From: Macrostomum lignano
Taxonomy: Eukaryota
DNA: 64,000 bases
Direction: 5' to 3'
Assembly: GCA_002269645.1 (NCBI GenBank)
Contig: NIVC01002404.1
Coordinates: 113,495 to 177,494 of the forward strand
The notes under the pieces are model-generated. The model made no database searches and was not told the origin of the DNA. It saw nothing but the letters and a program-made list of their open reading frames with translations. This document shows positions 1 to 13,711 of the stretch, piece after piece. Each line of letters opens with the position of its first letter. Positions within the stretch are counted from its first letter, which is position 1. The position numbers and the translations under genes are program-made.

Positions 1-377
1 TTAATTCCTATGTTACCTGTTTCTGCTCTATGCTAAAATTCTTGTATATGTAAGCTTGTTTTCAAGGATAATTTTTAGAATCTGCTTAAAAATTCGCGTT
101 TTATGCTACTCGCGGCCCATCTGGACAGTAGTGCACTTGACTTGTTGTGATCATTTCATAGTGTCCCCCTTTTTTTAAAGCAAACGTATATTTAATGAAT
201 TGGTGTACAGTTACTATATTAGTATGAATGTACGTTCAATATACCGATGCAAAATAATACTTTGCTATCAGATATATTCGAGTGTATTGCAATCTTTTGA
301 CCAACTATTATTTAATTCGAAATCTGTGTTAGTTGCAAAATTCATTAAAAAATAGTTAAGAATCTGCGCCCACAAAT

Positions 378-2133
378 TCAAGCCTTCGGAATGCCGGCCA
401 CAATGCTGCCCTCAATGCCGCACTCGTTTTTACCGCGCAAAATTTTAAAGAAGCCGTCCAGTCCCCAGTCGGGGTTCCAGGAGTTGGCAACCAGCCAGTA
501 CGGCGTGCTGTTCTCAACGCCCCAGCCCAGGATCTTCACCGCGTGTCCGCCTAGCTCGCCCCCGGTGGTGTGCTGGTACACGCCTGACTTGTAGGACGGA
601 AAGTCGGCATAGACGGTGAACGCGGCCTCCACTGGCCCGTTGGTCATGATCTCCTTGGCGATGTCGTCCTGCTTGGATGACACCGTGTACACTGAGGCGC
701 CTGTTGTGCGGTTTGTGGCGGTGAATAGCTCTTGAAAGCGATGGCTGTCTTGATAATAGGAGTCACGGAGCCTCCTATGGCTGCATGCACATAACCTTGG
801 TGTCACTGTAACAAGTCTCTTTATTATGACTCCTACTACATCAATTGGTTTCAGTCTCTGCTTTCAGTCAGTTTTGGTGCATATGGATTCAGTGTAGGTG
901 GATGGATGAATGGAATAAAGATTATCCTTGTAAGGTTTGCCGCAAACCAAGGTGACATTCGACCGGTAGCCAGAGGAGGGAAACAATGAGGTCACACTCA
1001 CTCAGAGTGTACGGTACAGCAGTCCTGACTTCTTGTCTTCCGGCAGTGTACACACTTTTGAGTCAGGTCTATTCCATGTACAGACCCCCCTGATAAGACT
1101 CAGATGGGTCATCTACTTGCTGCCGAACTCACCAAAGTGCTTGTCATTGTTGTAGGTCATGTTGTAGCCGGAGATGCAATCCCTCTTGCACTTGGGCGTT
1201 TTGGAGTCTCCGCTGCACGGCTGGTACTTGCCGGTGGTGTGGTGGTCGCAGTGCGGCAGGCTATAAGGTTGGCAGCCCTGCTTGGTGCCGTACTGCCCGC
1301 CGGTGACAATGCCGGACTTCTTCCAGTATTGCCAGGCCGACTCCAGGAAGCCGCCGTTGCAGCCCATGCCGCAGGAGAAGCCGCAGCAAGCCAGCAGATC
1401 CTCGGCGCTGAGGTGGACTTGCACCTGTTGTTTGGATAGTATCAGGGTTTTACTGGTTTAAGGCATCAACTTCGATCGAGATGGTTCCGAATGTTCTTTA
1501 ACTGGTTCCAACAGGATTCACTACTAATCAAGGCAAAAAATGTTTCTTCATCGATTCCGAGAAGGATTTCTCGATAATTATCAGCTGGACTGACCGAAAA
1601 TACCTTTAATGCGATTTAATTTGTTGAGGTTCCGAGATTTCTGCTCAAGTTTAGCAACGCATTGTCCCGGGGACTTCCTGTTCTTAAATATCGCTAACAA
1701 CTAGGCTCCAGGAGAGCCTCACCTTGCCGCCGCTGTGAATGCAGTGCCTGTCAGACATGGCCTCCACCGCTCCGAAGGCCCAGCAGGATCCGCAGTTGCT
1801 CTGGTCGCGGACCTCCTGAATAGTCGGACACTTTGGCCACTGGGTTCGCGCGTCGAATTCGGTCGGCAGGTCGCCAATGTCGGAGCCCGGGTAGCTGAGC
1901 ACGGGAATGTCGGGCTTGTTGGGATTGGCGATTACGCCCAGGACTCTGCGCACGTCCGACACGCTGTCGAACCGACTGGTCCGGCCGGCTTGCCAAGTTG
2001 TGCCAACTTTATTGACGTAGTCGATGAGCTCCTGGGTCAGCGGCTCGTGCATCGGCTTGACGGCCGTCGACTCTTCCCTGGGATAGGCGCTGGATGCCGC
2101 GGCCAGCAAGAGCACAGCAAACACTTTCAGCAT
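378..2133 (-). CDS. CTSB: Cathepsin B (papain family C1A); exons 1723-2133, 1133-1424, 378-700; ~341 aa
   Basis: Signal peptide [16 protein letters not shown] and propeptide. Catalytic [11 protein letters not shown], occluding loop CDHH, catalytic His [11 protein letters not shown] and Asn [13 protein letters not shown] introns with matching phases (0, 1) join three ORFs into one frame. Confidence 0.97.
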
Positions 2134-3195
2134 GGTGGCGCAATAGTTTCTATGGACTAGTGGACACGCTTAAAGCTTGATTATTCTTCACACAACCTTC
2201 CGAGAGTTGTCTTTTATGCGCCAGAATGTTTTGAAGTTTCTGAGCCACTGCTTTATCGGTATCGGGATTAGTCACTCTCGCTTTCTTGAATACTGAGCCC
2301 TCGCTGTGCCACCCTGGAGACGCGTCACGCCTGCACCAGCAGGGCCTCCTCGCGACTTGCCGATTGATAAGAGACTATCTGATTGATTGTGCTTTCATGG
2401 CAAGGCCATTGGGTGCCCACTTGGCCTGCCTGTATCGGCTTGGATCACATACAGATAAGCGAGATAGTGACCTCTGCCCCGGCCCTTTTCTTGATTTTCT
2501 CTTTCTCAAAGGTGGTAAAGCTCACAAAAATTGAAAAAGAAAAACTTTCTTGAACGGGAAATTTTTCTATCGTCGTAGTATAGAAGTATACTATAATTAA
2601 AAAAGCCTATAAAATTCGAATATCGACGTTGAACTGGCTCCCCCGGGGCCGCATGTCTCCGGTGGAGAATACGGGCGGAAAGTTGCGCTGTTCATCGGGC
2701 GCGCGCAAGGCGACCCCCCGCGCTGGGTGGCTCTTCGTATAGAAAGAAGGCTTAGCCTATTTCTGTTCGTTTTGCCACAAAAAATTCTCTCATGGCACGC
2801 ATCTGGGTCGTCGCCCTGTTCAGACTTGAACTGAATTCTCGCCAGCCCCCACGCGCCACTCGCTTTCTCTGTGAAAGTTGCAGGCCGCGCCTGCGCTGCG
2901 CTGCGAATCGCAGTTTCAACTTTGCTGTATTGCTGGGCGCCTGCATGCGAAAACTCCTAAGAAAGTCTTAGTTTAGCGCTCCCATTGATTATATAGACAT
3001 CCTTCACTACGCCAATATGGTTCGCTTCAACCTAAAGATGTGATAGTGTTGGCACAATGTCTATATCAATGCAAGTTGAATCAATCAGTTTTAGGAAATT
3101 TCATGTACTTATGTACCCAGTGTAAACTGCTTGAAGCACTGTTTCTTAGGATATGACATAGACAAGTAACAGTCACTTTCCACTGACAACTGCTT

Positions 3196-3786
3196 GCGCA
3201 TCTGAAGGCTGTGTATGGCTGTTCAGTCCAAGGACTGTAAGGTCGCCACAAACACCCACAATTACCCCAGCTAAAGCTAGCACCCGCCTAAGGTGGCGTC
3301 GCCATTGATTTTATGGTGGGGGGACAAAGCCAAGAATTCTACATTTACATGTACATGACTTTCAGAATCGGTGCCGTCAGCGCTCATTTTGGCGCCGCAG
3401 TCACTCATTCTGGCGCCGCAGTCTCTCATTTTAGCGCCACAGGCACTCATTTTGGCACCGCAGGCACTCATTTTAGCGCCGCAGGCACTCATTTTAGCGC
3501 CGCAGGCGCTATATTTTGTCACCCTTGAAGCAAAATTGCAAAATTATTGATTTCCATAACGGGTCACAAGGTTGCGTAGGGTGAACAAAGCATTGGCTTG
3601 TCCCCCCATAGCTTTTACTGGGGTGGGGGGACATGTCCCCCGTGTCCCTCCGGTGGCGACGCCCCTGGAAGCAATGCAGAGCCAAGTGTCCTGCTCAAGG
3701 ACACAAACTGTTCCGAGTTGAGTCGAGAATCGAACCCCCGACCTTTCAGTCGTGAGTCCGACGCCCTAACCACGAGGCTGCAACCG
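3196..3786 (-). mobile_element. tRNA-derived SINE, copy A, interrupted by a MITE
   Basis: Homologous to copies B-D (GCATCTGAAGGCTG..., GAAGCAATGCAGAG..GTGTC.TGCTCAAGGACAC, GAATCGAACCCCCGACCTTTCAGTCGTGAGTCCGACGC). Confidence 0.85.
3291..3667. mobile_element. MITE with TIR ~CAGGGGCGTCGCCA and internal 21-bp repeats
   Basis: Ends GGTGGCGTCGCCA...TGGCGACGCCCCTG. The body matches 35718-35974 in reverse orientation. About six GCGCCGCAGGCACTCATTTTA units. Confidence 0.8.
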
Positions 3787-5057
3787 AATGCAGATGCTCT
3801 CAATAGGTAATCGTAAACCAAATGGCCAAGTATTGACTTAAAGGCTTGCAGGAGTTTTTCCCCAACTACAAGCGTACTGCTTGGAGTCCGTCTTCGAACT
3901 GAGAAATCGACTCTGGCGTTTTGAATAATCCTGCTGTCAAGCTTGAACTTTGCATGACGTGGCCAAATAACTTGAAACTTGAACCAACTAATTTTTAATT
4001 AGCTCGCTCTCGTTCAACTTCATGGAAAGGCAAAAAAGCTCATTTAGCTTTGCGCAATTAGGATATTATAATTTTTAGTGAAATTGCACTTGAAAACAGG
4101 CATTTGCTGCTCGCTAGGGCTTGCGCCAATTTCGCATGGGTGGAAAGCAATTCCAATCGAAACGAGAACAACCCGAAAGACGCAATTCCTCAATGCAATC
4201 ATTCTGCAAAAAAGAGCGACCGAGCGAGGTATGCATCGGGTGCATGGGCCTTTTTTACCCCGCCCGCCCCCTTCGAATGTTGTCGGCCTGCATGAGCTGC
4301 AGTGGCTTGGGCTGTCTTGTAGCGATTTCGGTCGTCACCAAAAAATGAAGCCCCACCAACAAGCTATAGCTTTAGCATCAAGAAGCAGAGCTGGTGCGCC
4401 TGGATTGGCCTGAACAGACGCGCAGACGGACGGAGAACGCAGAGAGAGAGAGCGTTCGTTCTCTCTGCGCAGTTGGAATTTAGCTAGGCCAATTGGAAAC
4501 TCCCAGCTTGATTCCAGCATTTCTCATGAGAGGAGAGAAATAAAGAAAAGTCGAATATAGATACACAGCGCCGGGTGCCCATATAATGGGCCAATCTCTC
4601 CTACTTATAATACCAGGTCTATGGAGCTTTTTTGCGCCCCCACTCTGTGCGCGCTCGATTTCAAACTTAGCAACCTCCCTTCCTTCATAGTTTGCATTCC
4701 CATGCTTTCCATTCCTGCCTGGAAGAAAGGCAAACCAGCTAAGAGGCAATTAGAGCAGCAGAGGGACTGAGCTGGTTGGCTGCTCCCGGCGCAGCTTGGC
4801 TACACAAGGCGCCTTTTTAAAAGGCCGCCCCTTCCTCAGTCTGCTCGGCCACTTGCTGGTAAACCCACTCGCCTTGACGACCAGCCTTGTAGCTTCCCTA
4901 GCTAGTGCCCTGTAGGATTCGTGCTTGCAACTTTACCGCACTGGAGACGGCTGCTATTTTTATTTATTAAAATACAGCAGCCGGGCTGCAGATTGTAAGC
5001 CATTCTACAGTGTACAAGCGGGACGCTGAGCTCTTCGAACCTGACAACTGCCCAGCC

Positions 5058-5795
5058 CTGTGGGATCACTGTGAATCTGATCTTTGTGATCACTGTGACA
5101 GCCCACGTGTGATCACTGTGAATCTGATCTTTGTGATCACTGTGACAGCCCACGTGTGATCACTGTGAATCTGATCTTTGTGATCACTGTGACACAGCCC
5201 ATGTGTGATCAATGTGAATCTGATCTTTGTGATCACTGTGACACAGCCCATGTGTGATCAATGTGAATCTGATCTTTGTGATCACTGTGACACAGCCCAT
5301 GTGTGATCAATGTGAATCTGCTCTTTGGGATCACTGTGACACCGCTCATGTGTGATCAATGTGAATCCGATCTTTGTGATCACGGTGACACAGCCATTTG
5401 TGATCAATGTGAATCCGATCTTTGTGATCATAGTGACAGCTCATGTGTGATCAATGTGAATCCGCTCTTTGGGATCACTGTGACAGTCCATGTGTGATCA
5501 ATGTGAATCTGATCTTTGCGATCACTGTGACACAGCCCATGTGTGATCAATGTGAATCCGATCTTTGTGATCACGGTGACACAGCTCATTTGTTATCAAT
5601 GTGAATCCGCTCTTTGTGATCACGGTGACACAGCCAATGTGTGATCAATGTGAATCTGATCTTTGTGATAACTGTAACAGCCCACGTGTCATCAATGTGA
5701 ATCCGCTTTTTTATCACTATGACACAGCCCACGTGTGATCAATGAATCCGATCTTTGTGATCACTGTGACACAGCCTGTGTGATCCACTGTCACA
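5058..5795. repeat. Minisatellite, ~47-49 bp unit
   Basis: Unit ~TGTGATCA(C/A)TGTGAATCTGATCTTTGTGATCACTGTGACACAGCCCA(T/C)G, about 15 copies. Confidence 0.95.
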
Positions 5796-6840
5796 GTGCT
5801 GTTTGATCCGTGTCACTGTTCTGTGTGACCAATCTGACAGGAGATTTAAAAGAATCGGAGTTACCCTATTAGTCAGTTACTAAAGAATCACCATGAGGAC
5901 ATCAAACTAAAGAAAAATGGCAAACCATTCCCAAATACTTTTAAGTGCCATAACACAGGATTCAAAAACAATAATCTAAACGGACACATATATTTCAGAC
6001 AGGACAATACGGAAGAGACATTGCTAAGCGGTGAATTGAAGTTTTTCTACTGGATCGCGGCAGCAGCAACAGCAACAGACTAAAGCAACAAAAAAAGCGT
6101 CAAAAAACTTATCAATTGTTTAAAAAATAGGTTTAGTGGCTTATTGCAGTCTACTAGAACGCAAGTCTAGTCAGTAGTGATAATCGAATTGGAACTGCTA
6201 AATAGAAGGAATCCGTCGAAAAATGATAAAATCGATTGTGTAAAATAAATCTGATAAAAATCAAAGCAGTTGAAGACTCATTCAACTAATTAACTATTCG
6301 TTAGTGTCGGAAAGTAAAGCATTAAAGTTTGCTTGATTAGAACATTAAAATACCAAAATTAATAAGTTGAAGGTATTTAAAAACACGAATGACTAGCTAA
6401 TTATGTCGGATTGCACTGAGTCACTGAATTATTGATTTTTAAAACAACAAAAATACTAGATAATAGAAGAATGATGCGTTCAAAAAATAGAACGGAAAAA
6501 CAAAAAACGAGCTATGAAAACCATAAATTGCGCCCGCTAACAGTGCCTGGCAATGGGAGTCAGCTGGGCCGCTGTTACACCCTGTACAGGGAACTCGGGA
6601 GACATGGAGGTGACAGCAGGAAACTTTCTTGTGTTCCAACAAATTTGAAAGAAACTGATGCCATTTTAAAACTCATGTCAAGTCGTGACGGATTTATCCA
6701 GCTTTAAATTGAGTCCAAGCTTCTCAAATTAGTTCTTGTCTCCTGAGTTCCCTGCTCAGCGGGTCACCGCGGAATGGATCCGAAGGTTTCTCCAGTCAAG
6801 TAGCAAAATAGCCAACTAAATTGTAGACTCGTTCATTTTC

Positions 6841-7078
6841 TGGCTATGTTAAACATTTCTTACATAGCGAGATGGCTATGTTAAACATTTCTTACATAGC
6901 GAGATGGCTATGTTAAACATTTCTTACATAGCGAGATGGCTATGTTAAACATTTCTTACATAGCGAGATGGCTATGTTAAACATTTCTTACATAGCGAGA
7001 TGGCTATGTTAAACATTTCTTACATAGCGAGATGGCTATGTTAAACATTTCTTACATAGCGAGATGGCTATGTTAAAC
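6841..7078. repeat. Perfect 32-bp tandem repeat, 7 full copies plus a partial
   Basis: Unit TGGCTATGTTAAACATTTCTTACATAGCGAGA, with no spacers. Confidence 0.97.
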
Positions 7079-7467
7079 CTGAGTTAGATGTTGTGCTACT
7101 TGACTGGAGTTAACTTATAGAACCGATCAGTTTACACCTCTGTTATCTGGGCCTAGTTAATTATACAATCAAGACAAATAATTATTCCTTGTTAAATATT
7201 GAACAATTAGCTAAATTATTAAGAGAAACGCAGACACTGCACAATAGTCAAATTATCATTGTCTAAAAATTCACAATTCTACTGCATAAAAATTCCGTTT
7301 ATTAAAATCAAGAACCACGCGCACACTACTTGCCTAGTGAAATGTTTACAATTCAACTTCAACATGATATTTTTGCAACAAAAACCAGCTGCAATAACTT
7401 TGCAAAAAACTTCTTTTAGTTCAATCTCTTCTGTTAGATGCCTCTCGCACTGATTTATTCTGTCATC

Positions 7468-10400
7468 TCACTGCGACAGCGTTTTCAGCACATTGTGCAC
7501 CTCCTCGGCTATGGCGGACACCACAAACTCGAATTGATCCTGGAATGCATTGAAACATAACAAGGAGCTACAGTCAGGTGTCAGAGCTACAGTCAGGTGT
7601 CAGCTACAGTCAGGTGTCAGCTACAGTCAGGTGTCAGAGCTACAGTCAGTCAGGTGTCAGAGCTACAGTCAGGTGTCAGAGCTACAGTCAGGTGTCAGAG
7701 CTACAGTCAGGTGTCAGAGCTACAGTCAGGTGTCAGAGCTACAGTCAGTCAGGTGTCAGAGCTACAGTCAGGTGTCAGAGCTACAGTCAGGTGTCAGAGC
7801 TACAGTCAGGTGTCAGAGCTACAGTCAGGTGTCAGAGCTACAGTCAGTCAGGTGTCAGAGCTACAGTCAGGTGTCAGAGCTACAGTCAGGTGTCAGAGCT
7901 ACAGTCAGGTGTCAGAGCTACAGTCAGTCAGGTGTCAGAGCTACAGTCAGGTGTCAGAGCTACAGTCAGGTGTCAGAGCTACAGTCAGGTGTCAGAGCTA
8001 CAGTCAGTCAGGTGTCAGAGCTACAGTCAGGTGTCAGAGCTACAGTCAGGTGTCAGAGCTACAGTCAGGTGTCAGAGCTACAGTCAGGTGTCAGAGCTAC
8101 AGTCAGGTGTCAGAGCTACAGTCAGGTGTCAGAGCTACAGTCAGGTGTCAGAGCTACAGTCAGTCAGGTGTCAGAGCTGCAGACAGGTGTCAGAGCTACA
8201 GTCAGGTGTCAGAGCTACAGTCAGGTGTCAGAGCTACAGTCAGGTGTCAGAGCTACAGTCAGGTGTCAGAGCTACAGTCAGGTGTCAGAGCTACAGTCAG
8301 GTGTCAGAGCTACAGTCAGGTGTCAGAGCTACAGTCAGGTGTCAGAGCTACAGTCAGTCAGGTGTCAGAGCTACAGTCAGGTGTCAGCTACAGTCAGGTG
8401 TCAGCTACAGTCAGGTGTCAGAGCTACAGTCAGGTGTCAGAGCTACAGTCAGGTGTCAGAGCTACAGTCAGGTGTCAGAGCTACAGTCAGTCAGGTGTCA
8501 GAGCTACAGTCAGGTGTCAGAGCTACAGTCAGGTGTCAGCTACAGTCAGGTGTCAGAGCTACAGTCAGGTGTCAGAGCTACAGTCAGGTGTCAGAGCTAC
8601 AGTCAGGTGTCAGAGCTACAGTCAGGTGTCAGAGCTACAGTCAGTCAGGTGTCAGAGCTGCAGTCAGGTGTCAGAGCTACAGTCAGGTGTCAGAGCTACA
8701 GTCAGTCAGGTGTCAGAGCTACAGTCAGGTGTCAGCTACAGTCAGGTGTCAGCTACAGTCAGGTGTCAGAGCTACAGTCAGGTGTCAGAGCTACAGTCAG
8801 GTGTCAGAGCTACAGTCAGGTGTCAGAGCTACAGTCAGTCAGGTGTCAGAGCTACAGTCAGGTGTCAGAGCTACAGTCAGGTGTCAGAGCTACAGTCAGG
8901 TGTCAGAGCTACAGTCAGGTGTCAGAGCTACAGTCAGTCAGGTGTCAGAGCTACAGTCAGGTGTCAGAGCTACAGTCAGTCAGGTGTCAGAGCTACAGTC
9001 AGGTGTCAGAGCTACAGTCAGGTGTCAGAGCTACAGTCAGGTGTCAGAGCTACAGTCAGGTGTCAGAGCTACAGTCAGGTGTCAGAGCTACAGTCAGGTG
9101 TCAGAGCTACAGTCAGTCAGGTGTCAGAGCTACAGTCAGGTGTCAGCTACAGTCAGGTGTCAGAGCTACAGTCAGGTGTCAGGGCTACAGTCAGGTGTCA
9201 GAGCTACAGTCAGGTGTCAGAGCTGCAGTCAGGTGTGAGAGCTCACCCGAGTCTTGACCAGTCCCGCCCGCTGGTCCCGCAGGTGCTCCAGGCTGGCGGC
9301 CAGGTCGATCTCCTTGACGCCTTTGGCGATGCGGCCGAGTGCCAGGTCCAGCAGGCAGTAGGTGCCGGACCGGCCGCAGCCGTCGCTACAGTGAACCACT
9401 AGCGGGGTGGCCCGGCCCTTGTAGGACTTGTTCACCTTGCTGGCAAAGCCATTCGGGATAATGGGAAATAGAAATTTTCAAATCCTTTGTAACATAGAAA
9501 ACCATTTGAAAAAAGTAGAGAGCAATGGAAACTTGGAAATCATAGAAAATAATAAATATTTAATAACAAACATAGCATCGAACTCAAACTTAAATTATCA
9601 AACCATCAAACTGGGATTAATAAATCATGGCACTCGAATAATTATATCCACAAAATTGGATAATCATCTTTCTTACCAAGATTTGATAATCATATCATCA
9701 AAGCATATCATCACACTTGGAGTATCATAACATCACACTTATACAGTTAGACAGTTGTATCATCACACTTAGATAATCATGTCATCACACTTGGATAATC
9801 ATATCATCACACTTGGATAATCATATCATCACACTTAAATAATCATATCATCACACTTGGATAATCATATCATCACACTTGAATAATCATATCATCACAC
9901 TTGGATAATCATATCATCACACTTGGATAATCATATCATCACACTTGGATAATCATATCATCACACTTAAATAATCATATCATCACGCTTCGATAATCAT
10001 TTCATCAAGCTTGGATAATCATACCATCACACTTGGATAATCATGTCATCACACTTGGATAATCATACCATCACACTTAGATAATCATGTCATCACACTT
10101 GGATAATCATACCATCACACTTGGATAATCATATCATCACACTTAGATTAATCATATCATCACACTTGAACAATCACATCATCACGCTTGGACACTCAAA
10201 CAAGTCTCTCACCGCCGGAAGTCCAGCAAAGCCTTGGCGCTGCTCGGCAGGCCGGCCTCCTCCCAGGCCAGGAAGTGGAACATGGTCACGGTGCGGGCCT
10301 CCCCGGTGCCGACATTCTTCAGGTAGAAATTGCGAACAATGAAATCTTCGAACCAGACGTGCTCGGACACCAGATGGACCTGCAGCAGGTTGAGTGACAG

Positions 10401-13400
10401 ATTTTGTTTATTGCAAGCCTGTGACAAGGGACTGCTGAATAGAAGACTGTACATCAATAGATGGGAATGGTGAATCACTATCAGTGAATGGTGAATCACT
10501 ATCAGTGAATGGTTAATTACTATCAGTGAATGATGAGCCGCAATTAGTGAATAGTGAATGACTTATCAGTGAATGATGAGCCACAATTAGTGAAAAGTGA
10601 ATGACTATCAATGAATGGCAAATCACTATCAGTGAATATTGAATCACTATCAATGAATGGTGAATCACTATCAGTGAATGGTGAATCAATATCAATGAAT
10701 GGTGAATCACTATCAATGAATGGCAAATCACAATCAGTGAATGGTGAATCACTATCAGTGAATGGTGAATCACTATCAGTGAATGGTGAATCACTATCAG
10801 TGAATGGTGAATCACTATCAGTGAATGGTGAATCACTATCAATGAATGGTGAATCACTATCAATGAATGGCAAATCACTATCAGTGAATGTCCGTGAACA
10901 GCCCAGCAGCATCACAGTCACCTCACCTCGAACTTGTTGAACAGCCGGGACCCCTCGGCAGGCCAGTACATGGTGCACAGGTCGCCGCCACAGTCAGCCC
11001 CGCCCAGACCGGTGAGGTTAACAATGGCCACAGAGCCGCATTCCCACACCATCTGCCAGAAATCTGGCGCAGTGGACTCCATGGGGCCCTGGGTGAGAAT
11101 GTAGGCCTTGGTTTTGGGATCCGAGTCGTAGATATAGCTGGCGTTGATGTAGTCACCGCCTGAGGCGCTGTGCTCCGGGTTCAGCTTCACTCGCGAGTGA
11201 TCGTCTGAATGGGGTAGGGGTTCAAGCGATTGCGTAATCACATGAGCGGAATGAGTGACAGAGCCTGAAGCCTGAAGGCCTAAAATAGAAGTCCTGAAGA
11301 CCCAGATGGGAGCCTTAAAAGACCCCTTTCGAGCCAGCCCTGAACACCCCAGACTGATGCCAGCCTTGAAAACCCAAGACTGATGCCAGCCCTGAACGCC
11401 ACAGACTGATGCCAGCCCTGAACACCCAGACTGAAGCCAGCCCTGAACACCCCAGACTGATGCAAGCCCTGAACGCCCCAGACTGAAGCCAGCCCTGAAA
11501 ACCCAAGACTGATGCCAGCCCTGAACACCCCAGACTGAAGCCAGCCCTGAAAACCCAAGACTGATGCCAGCCCTGAACACCCCAGACTGAAGCCAGCCCT
11601 GAAAACCCAAGACTGATGCCAGCCCTGAACACCCCAGACTGAAGCCAGCCCTGAACACCCCAGGCTGAAGCTAGCCCTGAACACCCCAGACTGAAGCCAG
11701 CCCTGAACACCCCAGGCTAAAGCCAGCCCTGAACACCCCAGGCTGAAGCCAGCTCTCTAAGTATTCATACTGTAGCACTGAAGGATCACATTGAAACCCT
11801 GAGGCATCATACTAGAAGCTTGAATCCTGAGCATCCCAGACACAATTCGACTCACAGGGCAGCAGGTCCTGGTATCGATTCTTAGCCGCATTCTCGGGAG
11901 TAGCGCCAACGGCAGAAGACCTCTGCTCAGCCTCGTAGGAGCACAGGTCGGCCCACTCCTGCTCAAGTTTCTCCTTGTTATTGAGGTAGTTCTCCATGTA
12001 GTTCTGGTAATTTCAAATTTTGCTCAAGCGGTGAATAAACAATGAAACTTTTAACACTTGAAGCTATATATGAAAATTTAACCAACAGACTACTCACTAG
12101 AATCAGGTGGCCAGTAGTAATGTCCATGTCTGTAGTTATCGGATCGTCGCTCCTGTTAGTTTTTTATATATTAAAATCAAATATAATTAAATGATTGGCA
12201 GGTTAATTAACTAAATTACAAATTTCACGAATCTATTGAGAAATTATTGATTGAAAATCATCAAAGAAATTTGTTATTGCCGACAAATAAAACCAAACAT
12301 ATTGTTGTGTAATTATGTCTGATCATAAAAATGATAGAAAAACCAATTACCTGACAGGCTGTAATTATAATTTAGCTAACAGTCTATAATTGGACCAGAT
12401 TTACCTAGGCTGGATTATTATTTTGCCAACATTGGCTGGCGCTATGACATGTCCGAAGTTGAGAGCCTGCTGCTGATGACTAGGGCTGTAGGCGGTATTG
12501 ACAGATTTTTCATTACTAATATAATTAATTGAAGGAGGGCTCTGCCCATTCCGCTGACTGCTGGCCACACAAGCGAGCCGATACTCGCTCACACAGGGTC
12601 TGCATCTCGTACGACACGCTTCTTAGGCCAAGTTCCAATGCACACAGGCCTCACAAATGAATGTGCGGCCGCGCACATGCATCTTTATAAGTTCGAAACT
12701 CACCAGGAGCCTGTGGGGCTGTTCGGCGACCCTCCGACTGTCTTCTTCGCCGCTGCAGCCGCCGCGGCCAGTCGGGTCGACACGGGCTCGACGCCACCTC
12801 CGGACGCTTTCTCCGACATCCGCTGCCGGCACAGCTCCTTGTAGTCGCTGCTGTCCAACGCTCCAGTCGACGAGGTCATTTCGCGTAGTTTTCGTTTCGA
12901 CGAACGAAATCTTTGCACAATGAACAGGGCGAACAGAGCCAGGATCATCGCCAAGACAACCGCACACACCAGGAGGGTGCTGGTCACCCGCGTCTGCTGG
13001 CTCCAGCTGGAGCTCAGCTCGGACACTGCCGCCGGGTTGCGCTGGAAAAATCAGTGAACAAATCGAAATTTATGGACTGTACTACTGACAAGTAGAGGTT
13101 AAACACATGCGACGTCTTCTTTCCTAACTAACTGACTGACTGACTGACTGACTGACTGACTGACTGACTGACTGACTGACTGACTGACTGACTGACTGAC
13201 TGACTGACTGACTGACTGACTGACTGACTGACTGACTGACTGACTGACTGACTGACTGACTGACTGACTGACTGACTGACTGACTGACTGACTGACTGAC
13301 TGACTGACTGACTGACTGACTGACTGACTGACTGACTGACTGACTGACTGACTGACTGACTGACTGACTGACTGACTGACTGACTGACTGACTGACTGAC

Positions 13401-13675
13401 TGACTGACTGACTGACTGACTGACTGACTGACTGACTGACTGACTGACTGACTGACTGACTGACTGACTGACTGACTGACTGACTGACTGACTGACTGAC
13501 TGACTGACTGACTGACTGACTGACTGACTGACTGACTGACTGACTGACTGACTGACTGACTGACTGACTGACTGACTGACTGACTGACTGACTGACTGAC
13601 TGACTGACTGACTGACTGACTGACTGACTGACTGACTGACTGACTGACTGACTGACTAAATAACTAAATAACAAG

Positions 13676-13711
<36 letters not shown>

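Noticed and set aside
391-2160. Plus-strand ORFs overlapping cathepsin B (and similar antisense ORFs over the other GC-rich exons)
   Set aside because: They are antisense shadows of GC-rich coding sequence with no independent motifs.
5303-5497. Cys/His-rich ORF resembling a zinc finger (CDQCESDLCDH)
   Set aside because: It is a translation of the 47-49 bp minisatellite, and the frame is not maintained between units.
6841-7078. CRISPR-like 32-bp palindromic repeat
   Set aside because: The units are contiguous with no spacers, there are no cas genes, and the context is eukaryotic.
7550-9402. Three long plus-strand ORFs (559-601 aa)
   Set aside because: They are products of a stop-free 19-bp satellite read in all frames, antisense within a PTPRN intron.
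13099-13674. (SQSV)n ORF and other repeat-derived ORFs at 10513-11710, 15375-15914, 17741-17968, 18633-19433, 20769-21522 and 58799-59272
   Set aside because: These are translations of intronic micro- and minisatellites. Only the true exon portions were kept in the gene models.
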